Counted from the whole stretch's first letter, positions 36,471 to 49,819 are shown. The stretch: DNA of 63,346 nt, filler included, from Octopus bimaculoides (GCF_001194135.2; 4 parts of 4 records of this genome joined end to end with filler, not necessarily neighbours in it); one strand, 5' to 3'. A program made the numbers and translations. Notes: generated from the sequence alone by a model not told the origin.

Positions 36471-36793
36471 AAAAATATATATTCATATTTTGAGTCCTAC
36501 TTTTCTTGTTTGCATCACTATATACACACACACACACACACATATATATATATGACCTTTGAACATTAGGCCTCACCAAAGCAAAGACTAGTGACCGAGA
36601 CCTTTGGAAATATGCTGTGCGTGAGAAGACCTGGCAAGACAAGTGAGACCATAACCTGTGGCCTCTGCCAGGGGTGTAACCAGCCCACTTATGCATACCT
36701 TTCCTTCTTTGGACACAAAACTCTGCTTGCGAAGACCTGTTGGGGCAAGTGAAATCGAAATCATAACTGAACCAAATTCAATGAAAGAAGCCC

Positions 36794-36835
<42 letters not shown>

Positions 36836-37616
36836 TGCATCTGTGTTTATTCCCCCCCAACATCGCCTGACAACCAATGTTGGTGTGTTTACATCCCTGT
36901 AACTTAGCAGTTCTGCAAAGGGGACCGATAGAATAAGTACTAGGCTTACAAAGAATAAGTCGTGGGGTTGATTTGCTTGACTAAAGGCGGTGCTCCAGCA
37001 TGGCCACAGTTAAATAACTGAAACAAATACAAGAACTGATCTCAGTATTCAAATACCATTCCGCCACAAGGCAGCTTCTAAATGGTCTCTTGATCTGCTA
37101 GAAGTAGTAACCATCTCACCCTCAAGTTGTATTCCATCTCTAAACAACAGCTTATAGACATACTCTGAATGTAGTTCTATATAAATCTTCAATAGTTTTT
37201 TTTTATACTTAAGACCATCAGAAATATTAAGATATCAGCCTCTACCCACATTATCATGCTTTGATTAAAAGGTTACAGCATAGATTAGATTACTTAAATA
37301 AGTTTCAACCGAAGTTGACTCAAGCCATGTCTAATCTAATAGCACCACCTGGAAGAGAGAGAAATGTTATTGTTTCACTTTTGACATGTAATACCGAAAT
37401 AGTGTAAGAAATGAGATTGCTTTGGGTTCGCATTAGGAAAGAAGTTGAACATTTTTTGAGCCTATGATACTGTGTGGACCCTAAGTAAGGCATGTGTAAA
37501 ATTTGAATGAAATCGGTTGTGTAGTTCTTGAGTTTTAGGGATTCACACAGACACACATTCTCATCTGTATATGTTTAGATGTCAGATTTCGGAACAAGAG
37601 GCTGACAGAAAACTGG

Positions 37617-38207
37617 GATCTTTTTTAAAACGGGTGCCACATTTTTCATTAACGAAACACTTTGAAACTTGGAACACTGGTAGAATGTGTCATATAAAAC
37701 ATCTTTTTCTCTTAGTCTTCTCAAAAAAAAAAGAAATCCATAAGTTATTCCATGTTAAAGTTGTCGTATTTCTGTAATTTCAACCAATCACTGACGTCCA
37801 TTCAGCCGATATACATTAAGTGCCGACTACATAAACAAACGATTCTGAAACAATTAACCCTAACCTCAGGGTTAGGGTTAAAGCAAATTTAAAATGAAAA
37901 AAACAAATAAAACGAAGGTATGNNNNNNNNNNNNNNNNNNNNNNNNNNNNNNNNNNNNNNNNNNNNNNNNNNNNNNNNNNNNNNNNNNNNNNNNNNNNNN
38001 NNNNNNNNNNNNNNNNNNNNNNNNNNNNNNNNNNNNNNNNNNNNNNNNNNNNNNNNNNNNNNNNNNNNNNNNNNNNNNNNNNNNNNNNNATATTTTTCTG
38101 TTCTATAACACAAAATAGATAAGTATACGAAGTTTGAAAGTCTTTCCGTACCAAAAAGACTACGTAAAACATTAATGAAAAATGTGGCCTCCGTTTTAAA
38201 ATAGATC
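37617..38207. mobile_element. Inverted-repeat-bounded element with an internal telomere-like palindrome
   Basis: GATCTTTTTTAAAACGGGTGCCACATTTTTCATTAA versus reverse complement of 38172-38207; internal TTAACCCTAACC-TCAG-GGTTAGGGTTAA at 37854-37881. Confidence 0.55.
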
Positions 38208-38969
38208 CGAAAACTGTACCAATTTCCAATGAATGGCAAGATAAATAAATCTATACAAGGAAATGGTGAAACTATGCAAAGGAAATTTTGCACATAAATC
38301 CAGTTTCCAAAAATAAACGCTCGAGAAAACTGACTCAGCATTTATTGCACCCATGCGAGAAATATTGTTGCAATGGCTAAATGCATAATAAAAAAAAAAA
38401 ATCTGAGCACATGGAACATGACATCATGTTTACTCACTGGCATTGATACAAAGAACTAAAAGGAATTTATCATCATTGCTCGTTTGGTCTGTTAGTTCGT
38501 GAATGGTGACATCTCCTAGAAGCTTTCAACCATGCAACTTGTTAATTATAGCTCTGTGTTTTGATTAAATGCTTTCTGAGGAGAGGGAAATAAAATAATA
38601 TTATTCAAGCAATTATATATCTGCTCCAGAAATTTATGAACTTGGGCCAGTGCAAACATCGTAGGAAAGGCAGGAGTAGAAAACGGTAAAGAGCAAAATG
38701 AAAGATGTGGTCTGGTTGTTGGAGAGACATATTTGTTTGTGCAATGGGTTGAGGGTAATTTATGACAGAGAACTGACATAAAAAAAATTAAAAAATCCTT
38801 TCTACTACAGGCACAAGGGGAGGAGGGGGAGGGGGGATAGGTTGATTGCTTCCAGCTTGGTGTGCGACTGGTAGTTATTGGATTGACCTCGATGGAATTT
38901 GAATATCAAGGCAGATGAAATGAGGCTAAGCATTTAGTGTGGAGTGCAAATGATTCTGGCTATGGCAGA

Positions 38970-39265
38970 ATTGATGGGAAGAGGAAGGGGAGAGTAAGGG
39001 GGAAGGGGGCGGAAGGGGAAGGGGAGGTGGAAGGAAGAGGAAGAAGAGAAAAGGGAGGAAGATAAAAGAGAAGGGAGAGAAGGAAGGGGAGGAAGAGGGA
39101 AGAGAATGAATAGAAGGGAGGAAGGGGAGGAACAGAGAAAGGTGGAAGGGGTGAGAAGGGGGAGAGGAGGAGGAATGAGGAAGGGGAAGGAGGGGAGAGA
39201 GAAAGGGGAGGAGGAGGAGGAAAGAGGAAAAGATGGAGAGAAAGTGGAAGAAGAGAAGGATGAAA
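38970..39265. repeat. G/A-rich polypurine tract
   Basis: Direct reading. Confidence 0.9.
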
Positions 39266-39781
39266 TTATCTAGCCCCTTAGGATTTGAACCCATTATGTG
39301 ACACCTTGGACAGGTGACTTGTATGTACCCTAGTATTTAGCCACCCAAGTGACTTGCAAGGAAACCTGGGAGCCTGTCATAGAAGTTGTAGGTGGGGTTG
39401 CTACATAAACACTGTTTAGGGGAGGAAGTGTGTTTATATCCTTTAACTTAACACTCTAAGCAGAGATTGATAAAATATCTGACTTGGAATTCAACAGTGA
39501 TGTCAAAATAATTTACCAAAGCTCTTTAAGCATGTTTTCCAATATGGCTGCAATCAAATCCTCTTCCTCCTCCTCATCATCCTCACCATCATTTCATGTC
39601 TGTTTGCTATGCTGGCATGGGTTAGATGGTTTGACAGGAGCTGGCAAGCCAGAGGGCTGCACCAGGTTCCAATTGTTTGTCTTGACATCGTTTCTACAGC
39701 TGGATGCTCTTCCTAATGCTAACCACTCTACAGAGTGGCACTGGGTGCTTTCTATATGGCACCAAGATGAATGCTTTTTAC

Positions 39782-40115
39782 TCAACACTGGCACAAGCAC
39801 ATTCCCTGCGACGCTGGCACGAGCACATTCCCTGTGACACCAGCACAAGCGCATTTCACGCGACACCAGCATGAACACATTTCAGACAACACTGGCACTA
39901 GCGCATTTTGCACACGAGCACATTTCGGCATGAGCACATTCCATGCGACGCCAGCACGAGTGCATTTCGCACAACCCCAGCACAAGCACATTTCATTTTA
40001 TGCAACACCAGCATGAGTGCATCTTATGCAACACCAGCACGAATGCATTTCATGCAACACCAGCACAAGTGCATCATATGCAGCAGGAGCACAAGCACTT
40101 TTTACATGGCCCCAA
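39782..40115. repeat. Degenerate ~25-bp minisatellite next to an RTE-tail repeat
   Basis: Roughly 13 units resembling GCGACACCAGCACGAGCACATTTCAT. Confidence 0.75.
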
Positions 40116-41719
40116 CACCTGCGAGTTTGAGCACCTGAACTAACAACAAGAGTTGACAGGAAAAAACTCTGTTTATAATAACCAAGTGGGAAAACTAAAA
40201 TAGTGTAAAGAAAAGTAGAGAAAGATGAAGAGGTAAGTAGGTAGAGTGTGAAAAGAGAGGCTGGGGTTGGGCTAAGATGACGACTGCACTATGAAAGCTA
40301 TGTTTACGCAATAATGAAATTACGATCTTGACAAAGCAGCAAAAATTAACATTAACTTCTATATTGTTTGTAGACCAAAGATAAACATACAAAACTTTTG
40401 ACTTTTCTTCAAGGTTGAATACCAACCACAAACTTTATCAAGTTGATAACAACACAACACAAATAAAAGAAAATAAAACAAAGGTTTATAAGTCATATAT
40501 TTTTGTTGACAACGTAAACACACACATTGTAACAACCTTGAGATCAATGATCAATTTCTATAGAGTCTCTTCTATACAATCATTGAATATATTAGGAGTC
40601 AGCTGATTGGCTAAACATTACTAATACTGTTTTTGTTGCTAGGGACAAACACAATGAAGACTTTCTCCTCAATTTATATGGCAGTAGCAGGCCATATTGC
40701 AGTTCAATCAGATAGAAATAGCAACCAAGTCACCTTACAGTTTCACCCTACTGTCTTTAAACTGTACTCATTCCTGGGTGAACTGCCAGGAAAAAAAAGG
40801 GATCATGACTGCTTGGAATATCTTGAATATTATTCGGGGCTAAACAATAACTAGCTAACAGTAAAGAGGAGATAATAGAGAGACAGCAACCGAAACAAAA
40901 TTGTTAGTGAACTTGAGAAATTAATGCTAGTTTCAAGTATCAATTCAAACAAAATAGAGAGGAGAATGTATGAAGAACTTTAGTGTTTAAACCGGCCATA
41001 TCCGGCCCGAATATTCTACATGTTTTATATTTGAACTAGCCACATCTAGCCTCTCACACCAAACCCACATTGACATTCTAAAAATAAATCATCACATCAT
41101 TGAGATTTCAAAGCAATGAGATAATGCATGATTAATGCAGTTCTAATATTTAATAAGGGAACAGAGTAGCCATGTAGCCCCTCTACAGCAAGAAGCCCGT
41201 TCTGCTCTGGCCCCTTTTCTCATACTTTAACCCTTTATTACTTAACATAAAGCTTCTTCATTAAAAAAAAAAAGCACGCAGAACACACTACAAACTGGTT
41301 GGCATCCGAAAACCATCCAACCATAGAAACCATGCCAAAGTAGACAGTGGGGTACAATGCAGTTCTTGTCCAACCATCCAACCCATGCCAGCATGGAACA
41401 TGGATGTTAAATGATGGAATATGTAATAGAAGGAATCGGTTACTATATTTATTCATTGATATAAGCAATGGAATTGTAACCAGAAATAGTAATGACAAGG
41501 AATTTAGGACAATTCTTTCAGCAACTATAATTCACTAATGTCTTTTTTGCAACAAAACGAAAAAAGAATGAAAGAAAAATCTATTTAACATCTATCCATT
41601 TGTGCTTACACTGTCTATAAATGTGTGGTTGGTTACAATAGTCATGCTCTCAACATGCAAAATGTAGTAATATGTACTGTAAGACTGTGTTGTTGGATAA
41701 CATTACAGCTGGATGCCCA

Positions 41720-42130
41720 GCCTGACATCAACCTTTGTCTTTCGTTGGTACTCCGTCGGTTACGACGACGAGAGTTCCAGTTGATCCGATCAACGGAACA
41801 GCCTGCTCGTGAAATTAACGTGCAAGTGGCTGAGCACTCCACAGACATGTGCACCCTTAACGTAGTTCTCAGGGGAGATTCAGCGTGACACAGAGTGTAA
41901 CAAGGCTGGCCCCTTTGAATTACAGGTACAACAGAAACAGGAAGAAAGAGTGAGAGAAAGTTGTGGTGAAAGAGTACAGCAGGGTTCACCACCACCCCTT
42001 GCCGGAGCCTCGTGGAGCTATAGGTGTTTTCACTCAATAAACACTCACAACGCCTGGTCTAGGAATCGAAACTGCGATTCTAAGACTGTGAGTCCGCTGC
42101 CCTAACCACTAGGCCATTGTGCCTCCACGA
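41720..42130 (-). mobile_element. tRNA-derived SINE (third family), ~410 bp
   Basis: Head GTGGAGGCACAATGGCCTAGTGGTTAGGGCAGCGGACTC...GTTTCGATTCC with A and B boxes; CpG-rich 3' body GCTGTTCCGTTGATCGGATCAACTGGAAC. Confidence 0.75.
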
Positions 42131-43789
42131 CATCAACCTCTATAAAGGGAAAAAACAAATAAAATACTATTCTAAGAACATTATTAGCAATTAGACTGTT
42201 TGTTTTATGCTACAACCATGGCATTGATTAATTAGCTTTATCTTATTAATATGGGATATATATTTCCATGTAAATTATAAACTGAAGTGCTAATGACTAC
42301 GTTCAATAGAACTATGCATTCAGCAGGGTTTTTTTTTTATGTCTGCCCCAAATGACCAATCATATTAATTTATTTTAGCAATCCAGGTTCTTGTTTTACT
42401 CCATGTCAGCCCTGATCAAGCAGGACTATGATTAAAGGTGTTCTAACAGTGACCATCCCATCTTATTTTGTATCTAGAACATTTGTTCAATATCGTTTTC
42501 TTTTAAGATGGTGGGGATGTGATTTGAAGGAGATTCGGCTAGCAGGCCAAAGTGACTTGACACTGTGTTCTATGCCAACAAGATACTTTAGCATATTTGG
42601 AACTTTGGCTTTCCTCACAATCACTTAAGTTTCAGTGAAGATGAATGAGTAAGAGAATACGAAAGTGGAGCGGTTCAGTAGGTATTATATGTCTACCAAC
42701 AAAGGCAAGGAGTTCAAATCCATAGCATGCATTTGTGTATTTGGAAAGGGGCTTTTAATTCTATATGCCTCGGTTAAGCCCAAGAGGAATTGGTACTATT
42801 CCTAGGAATCTAGTCAGAGGAGGCAGAATGGTAAACATGACCTTTGGAGGTCCTTGATGTCCAGTTTGAATGTGTGTCGGTTGACATCTGCAGAAGAAAT
42901 GTAGATGAGGAAAGACATGAGGTGAGTATGCAGCTCTAGAAAGAAAGGATTGGGTGAATTGGAAGAGGAGATATGATGTGATGAGAGGAGGAGGAGGAGG
43001 AGGAGAGACAAAGGAGTCACATGGGTCAGAAGGTGGGGAGTGTGTAGTTCACAAGTTGGGAGGAACAGAAGCTTCTGGAAAAATCAGGAAAAACGCGGAG
43101 AAGCTGTACATTAATAAATGTACTTTGTTGAAGTACATTGATGAATAAACCAGATTCCCTTATTTTGTATTGGGTCTAGAATGTGTGTGTGTGTGTGTGT
43201 GTGAAACAATTGCACTATAGCGGTAGCACACCTGTCTCTGTCTTCATTCTTGATCTCTCACTCTCTCACCAGCTGGGTAACCTACTTCCTCTACAGCAAG
43301 GCACCTGTTTCTGTCTCCCTGTCTCACTATAGCCTTTCATCCGACATCATAACACCTCTTCCAATGCCCCCTCCCCTCTCAAAAGTTTTTTTTTTTGGTC
43401 TTGCAATGTACTCAGTGACCCTGTCAGTGCAGGTGCCACTTGAAAGCACCCAGTCCACTCTGTAAAGTGGTTACTGTTTTGAAAGGCCTCCAGCTGTAAA
43501 AAACCTTGCCAAAACTGACCCCACCTGTGCTTGTGCCACGAAAAAAGCACTAAGTCCACTCTGCTGAATGGTTGATGTTATGAAGGGCATCCAGCTGTAA
43601 AAATCCTGCCAAAACAGTTACAGAAGTCTGGTGTAGGCTTCTGCCTGGCTGGCTCTTATGAAACCATCGCACCCATGTTAGCATGGAAGGCGGACATTGA
43701 ACAAGGACGACGACAATGATGATGAGAACCTCACTTGTGCTTTGTGGAATCAACAACTAGATTAATCCTGTTTTGGTGATATACTTTCA

Positions 43790-44460
43790 GTAATGTTCTG
43801 TATATGGGTTTGCCCAATCGTTTGAGTGCTTCGGTTGTGTTGCCCAGTTTATGATAACATTGACTTTCTCTTTTCCTACTACCATGGGTTTTATTTTCAT
43901 ATAGTTGAGATAGAGACCATGCATACGTGATACTCTCTCAATTCTTGTAGTCCAGTTTCAGTCTTGGCAAGTAGAGCAGTATCATTTGCATACCTTAGAT
44001 TAGAAATATGCAATCCATGTATTGCTTCTTGTATTCTCCGCTCCAATACAGCCTTAACAAACCACCCATCCATTTTAAAAACTTTTCTGTGTCCTCATTA
44101 TTTACTTAAATGCAAGATTCTTCTCTGATTGTAAAGCTGCTTGATGAAACCAGTGATGTGTTTTGGAAAGCCAAGATTAGATATGAAGCACCACGTACGG
44201 CTATTATTTATGTATAGATCATAAATTCATTTTGTAATATTTTGCCTAGAGGAGTTTGAACTTGTGATCTTTGAGTTGGATGTTCCTTGCTACTTAAATT
44301 CTAGTTTTTATACAAATTAATAAAGCTATGAATTACTGTAACAATGAAACAGAGATAACAATAAAAGGTTATATGTTTGGACCTCTCTGAGTTATCATTA
44401 TTAGGATCAAGGTAGACATAGATAAGCGACGTCTCTGTTTTGCTGTCAACTTTGCATATA
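43790..44460 (-). mobile_element. Decayed RTE (BovB-like) RT fragment
   Basis: LGFPKHITGFIKQLY and GLHISNLRYANDTALLAKTETGLQEL correspond to the NNLRYADDTxLxA motif. Confidence 0.75.
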
Positions 44461-45089
44461 ATAAAGTGCGCTAGATACTGTTGAACTTATAGAGCAGACC
44501 TACACAACATGCTTCAATAAACTTCAGAAAACAGAACAAATTCACAGAATCTGGTAGGATTGTGGATGGTGATGAATGAAACCCCATCTTAAACTTCCCT
44601 CATTATCAATGCTGACATTAAATGGATGTTAAACAATGATGATGATGATGATGACGATGAAAGGAAATGCTGCTTTTTGGCATAAATACTTCAGATTATG
44701 CACAGACAATCAATAATTTCCAACAGCTACAAAACTATAATGTCAAGGGGAAGGGCAGTCAATTATATTGGCCTTGGTATATTACTGGTACCTATTAACA
44801 CTTCACCCTGCTGGAAAGACGAAGAGCAAAATTAATAACCACCATCTCATACAATAGTACAAGGCCAAAACTTTTTATAAAGGATGGGTATTACACCACA
44901 AACACACAAGAAGTGGTCGGCCCAGTTGGTATCTCAACAAGAAAAAATTAAATACAAGACAGTACTCTACTATTTCTGCCACTCTACCTTCTATGTACTG
45001 ATAAACATACAACCAATGAAGTTATCTCGTGCAGGTCTCTTGAGCCGACAGAAATGACAACCAAATCGCCTTCAAATTAACCAACAGCA

Positions 45090-45300
45090 TTAACCCTTAC
45101 TCTCTTGAATGTAATTCTTATTCACAGTGTTTTGAAGTAATCTTGCATTATCTTGTAGCTTTGAGATTTAGATGATGTGATTGCTTATTTCAAGAATGAC
45201 ATTGTAGGGTAAATGCAAGAGGTTGGATCTGGTCAGTTTGAACATAAAACAGATAAGATATTTTGGCCTGATATGGCTGGTTTAAATGCTAAAAGATTAA
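45090..45300 (-). mobile_element. piggyBac-like MITE (family 2); partial second copy at about 40978-41130 (+)
   Basis: TTAA at both ends, TTAACCCTT terminus; TTTAAACCGGCCATATCCGG motif shared with 40987-41008. Confidence 0.55.
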
Positions 45301-45514
45301 CAAAGGAAATATACATTGAACAAGGGAATAAAAAAAAAAAATGGTCATGGTTGGAATGCCTTTAATTACAGGTCTGCTCAATTAGGACTGACCTGCACAA
45401 AAAAAAAAATGAATAGTAGAAGAGACACCAAGTCATGTTAGCATGAAATACATCAGAACCAAATTACTAATTAACCTTTTTGTTACTGTATTTATTTTGA
45501 GATGCTCTGTGTTT

Positions 45515-45895
45515 TTGCTGGTGGCACGTAATAAGCACCATTCAAGTGTGGGTCGATACCAGTGCCAACTGACTGGCTCCCTGTGCCAGTGACATGTAAA
45601 AAGCAACATCTGAATGTGGTCGATGCCAGTCCCCCCACCCCCTGACTGGCTCCTGTGCCGGTGGCATGTAAAAAGCACCATCCGAACATGGTCGATGCCA
45701 GTGCCGCCTGACTGGCTCCCGTGCCAGTGATATGTAAAAAGCACCCTCTACATTCTTGGAGTGGTTGGCGTTAGGAAGGGCATCCAGCTGTAGAGACCTT
45801 ACCAGATCAGATTGGGGCCTGGGGCAGCCTTGTCCCCAGTCAAACCATTCAACTGATGCCAGCATGGAAAATGGACATTAAATGATGATGGTGAT
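45515..45895 (+). repeat. RTE 3'-UTR ~65-bp repeats plus tail
   Basis: About 3.5 copies of GATGCCAGTGCC..CTGACTGGCTCCCGTGCCAGTGGCATGTAAAAAGCACC followed by the (GAT)n-tailed module. Confidence 0.75.
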
Positions 45896-46329
45896 TATGC
45901 CATACCTTTCATGGTCTTTCCAATTGTTAGTCACCATTCTGAAATGATTTCATTTTTATTTCAAACAATTGCCTCTCCTCCGACTGATCTCTCCTGTCCA
46001 CAGTCAGTTTCATTTTCTCTCTCTCCTTCTTGGTAAATATACCATTCATCTACATTCTCTGTTCTTCTTTGTCCACATTACTCCATAAGAAACATTGGAC
46101 TGGTTCCCCAGGTTCTCTGCTGTATAATTTCACCAGATGAGCGAACCAGTGTCATGTGAAATGAAGTGTTTTAAGAACACAACTCATAGCCTGGTCCAGG
46201 AATCGAAACCACTATCTTATAGTCATGAGAGTAATACCCGAACCACTAAGCTATGCACTTCCATCTACCTTCATATGTTCTCTTATTTGTTTGTGTCTCT
46301 GTCATTATATGTCCAAAAATTCGACGACT

Positions 46330-46770
46330 GGCACCCATGCCAATGTCGTCTCCTTCATTGGACATGAAACTCGGCTTGCGAAGACCTGTTGGGGCAAGCG
46401 AAAGCGAAATCGTTATGGCACCTGTGCCCAGCGCCGCCTTCCTGGCACTTGTGCTGGATGGCACGTGTAAAGACATTCGAGCAAGATCGTTGCCAGTGCC
46501 GCCGAACTGGCTCCTGTGCAGGTGGCACGTAAAATACACCATTTTGAGTGTGGCTGTTGCCAGTACCACCTGACTGGCCTTTGTGCCAGTGGCACATAAA
46601 AGCACCCACTACACTCTCGGAGTGTTTGGTGTTAGGAAGGGCATCCAGCTGTAGAAACTCTGCCAAATCAGATTGAAGCCTGGTGTAGCCATCTGGTTTC
46701 ACCAGTCCTCAGTCAAACCGTCCAACCCATGCTAGCATGGAAAGCAGACGTTAAACGACGATGATGATGT
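46330..46770 (+). mobile_element. RTE 3'-end/UTR repeat with (GAT)n tail
   Basis: Same module as 33140-33320. Confidence 0.75.
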
Positions 46771-47200
46771 TATACAGTGAGCATTCCATCTTGAGATTCC
46801 TTTCTGTTTCCACTGTTAAGATCCACAGTTCAAATCCAGAAATCACTGCTGGGATCACGCATTAGTTGAAGATTTTTCTTTCGATGCAAGATAAGGGGTT
46901 TGATTTCATATCACTGTGTTTGTAGAAAGTGGTTCAGCCTAATGAGAATCATTTTTTTTTATCCTGCTTCCTCTGACTTTTCGCCGAAATACAATGAAAA
47001 AAAATAGCACGACCTCAGTTTTATTTGAACATAAAATGTAAATAGACTTATCTAAATACAACAAAGCATTTAATTTGTTGCTCTACTGCTTCTGCTACTG
47101 CTCCACTGCCTTTAAGATAATAGTTTAATAATTGGAAAGCTAACACTATAAAAAGCAATCAACAAACTTCGTTCCTTGTTCTAATTTTACTTTCTCTAAT

Positions 47201-47635
47201 TTAACCCTTTCGTTACCAACATAGCTCTGGTTCTGAGTACAAATGTCTTGTTTTCGTAAGTTTTGAATTAAAATCTTTCACCAATCTTTAGTCACAATTT
47301 ATGTTCCTAACACTAGCTTAATGATAACTAAGTTCATCATCATCATCGTTTAACGTCCGCTTTCCATGCAAGCATGGGTTGGACGATTTAACTGAGGACT
47401 GGCAAGCCAGAAGGCTGCACCATTCTCCAATCTGATCTGGCAGAGTTTCTACAGCTGGATGCCCTTCCTAACGCCAACCACTCCAAGAGTGTAGTGGGTG
47501 CTTTTACGTGCCACCAGCACGAAGGCCAGTCAGGCGGTACTGGCGGCGGCATTTTACTAAATTCTTTGTAATATTTAAAATTAATTGAAAGAAACACAGA
47601 GCATCTCAATAGAAATATGGTAACAAAAGGGTTAA
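47201..47635. mobile_element. piggyBac-like MITE (family 1), copy 1, interrupted by an RTE-tail insertion at about 47335-47550
   Basis: TTAA|CCCTTTCGTTACC ... GGTAACAAAAGGG|TTAA. Confidence 0.8.
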
Positions 47636-47658
47636 AATATATAATAGAGAAACAATTC

Positions 47659-47882
47659 TTAACCCTTTCGATACCAATCCAGCTGAAACTGGCTCTGTAG
47701 TACAAATGTCTTGTTTTCGTAAGTTCTGAATTAAAATCTTCCACCAAACTTAAATCACAATTTATGTTCCTAACACCAGCTTAATGATAACTAAGTTGTT
47801 TTACTAAATTCCTTGTTATAGTTAAAATTAATTGAAAGAAACACAGAGCATCTCAACAGAAATATGGTAACAAAAGGGTTAA
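47659..47882. mobile_element. piggyBac-like MITE (family 1), copy 2, uninterrupted
   Basis: TTAA|CCCTTTCGATACC ... GGTAACAAAAGGG|TTAA; body colinear with copy 1. Confidence 0.8.
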
Positions 47883-48439
47883 TATTCATTTTAAGGAACA
47901 AATGATGTGGGTCTTTATTAGTGAGTCAAAGACCCACAATAATATAATAAAAACCCAAAAATTATGTGGGCCTTCATTTCAGAGGTCAAATAGGTCAAAT
48001 AAAAGAAGACAAACATTAAATTGAAACAGCTGATTAGAGAAAGTGACAAGTCAACAACCGAAGTACATTAACGTTCTAAACCATTTAATTACAAGATAAA
48101 TATTAGCTTATATCCACTGCCATTACAATAAAGCTATTAGAATAATTTTTAACAGCTTTATTGGAATGGCAATGTCACATGCAGGACAAATTTAGTGAAA
48201 CAGGGTAATCTAATTCATCCTTATCGTTTGATATCCGTTTCCCATGCTGGCATGGGCTGGACGGTTTGACAGGAGTTGGCAAGGCCAGGAGCCACACCAA
48301 GTTCTGTTGTCTGCTTTGGCATGGTTTCTACAACTGGATGCCCTTCCTAATGCCAGCCACTTCACAGAGTGTACTAGGCACTTTTTACAAGGCACCATCA
48401 TCAGTACTGTTTACCATATATAATGTAATTATAAATTAC

Positions 48440-48643
48440 ATACTTTTTTACTCGTTTCAGTCATTTGACTGCGGCCATGCTGGAGCACCGCCTTTAGTCG
48501 AGAAATCGACCCCAGGACTTATTCTTTGTAAGCCTAGTACTTATTCTATCGGTCTCTTTTTGCTGAACCACTAAGTTACAGGGATATAAACACACCAGCA
48601 TCGGTTGTCAAGCGATGGTGGGGGGACAAACAGACACACAAAC

Positions 48644-48685
<42 letters not shown>

Positions 48686-48830
48686 NNNNNNNNNNNNNNN
48701 NNNNNNNNNNGCTTTGGTTGGCCCAAGGCTATAGTAGAAGACACTTGCCCAAGGTGCCACGCAGTTGAACTGAACCCGGAACCATGTGGTTGGTAAGCAA
48801 GCTACTTACCACACAGCCACTCCTGTGCCT
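48440..48830 (-). mobile_element. tRNA-derived SINE (family A), with an assembly gap in its internal (TA)n
   Basis: Reverse complement of 34803-35185. Confidence 0.85.
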
Positions 48831-49779
48831 ATTACATAATTACAAAAATTTAAATTAGTAATCTTTTATTTAGCTTGGTATATACCTATGTGACAAGTAA
48901 TGATTCTTAAAAGAAAAAAAAAAAAACAGATTAATGATATATATCCATTAATTTAACATCCATTTTCCCCATGCTAATAAAGATCAGATAAAAGTTTGTC
49001 ATTTGAAGCATTATCATCATCATCATCATCATCGTTTAACGTCCGCCTTCCATGCTAGCATGGGTTGGACGATTTGACTGAGAAACTTAAAAACAAAAAA
49101 GTAAAATGGAATCCTATTTGTCTTGAAAAGATTTTGTAAAATATTTTGTAGCAATACTAAATAAAGCACCAATGGTTGATATCACTTTGCCCAAATATGT
49201 TGGACATTGTTGCTAATTTAGATGCAAGGCCAACAAAGGAAGAGGTTAACTGTTTGACCAAGTACCTGGCTGGTACTTTATTAAACCTGGAGGGACAAAA
49301 AGTAAAGTTGACCATGCCAAGATTTGAACTCAGAACAGAAAGAATTGGAACAAACACCATAAAGCATTCTGATGTTTTCACATCTCTGCCTCTCCAACAC
49401 TGTTTAATTTTTGGTATTACTTATACCAACAGGTTGTTTAGTGAATTCATTTTATGACCAATTTCACAGAATGAAAGAGAAAGGCCGGGGAAAACCCCTG
49501 AATATAGGCAGAAAAACAAGTAAAATATCATTTTCAGGAGATTTATACTAATATGAAATATTAGGAAAATAGATTATGAAACTTTTCAAAACCTTGAAAA
49601 AATGTAGTAGAATGAAGTGAACCCAGCACTTTTTTCTTTGTAAAGCCTGGAACTTACTCTACTGGTGTCATTTGCCAAACTGCTATTTGTTCGACTAAAG
49701 GTAGTGCTCCAGCATGACCGCAATCAAATGACTGAAACCAGTAAAAGAATAAAAGAATATATATAAAGTCTGTCATACC

Positions 49780-49819
49780 GGCCATGACGAAGGGAAATAG
49801 CCCTGAAACTCGAGTCGCC
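49780..49819 (+). ncRNA. Minimal type I hammerhead-ribozyme-like motif of the Penelope type, with one extra base in the core
   Basis: GGC-C[A]TGACGA-AGGG(AAATAG)CCCT-GAA-AC(TCGA)GT-C-GCC: stem I GGC/GCC, stem II 4 bp, stem III AC/GT with palindromic TCGA loop, GUC cleavage triplet. Confidence 0.65.

Noticed and set aside
41720-42130. tRNA gene (also the family-A heads and 56400-56470)
   Set aside because: A and B boxes are present but there is no complete cloverleaf and each continues into a repeat body; these are SINE heads.
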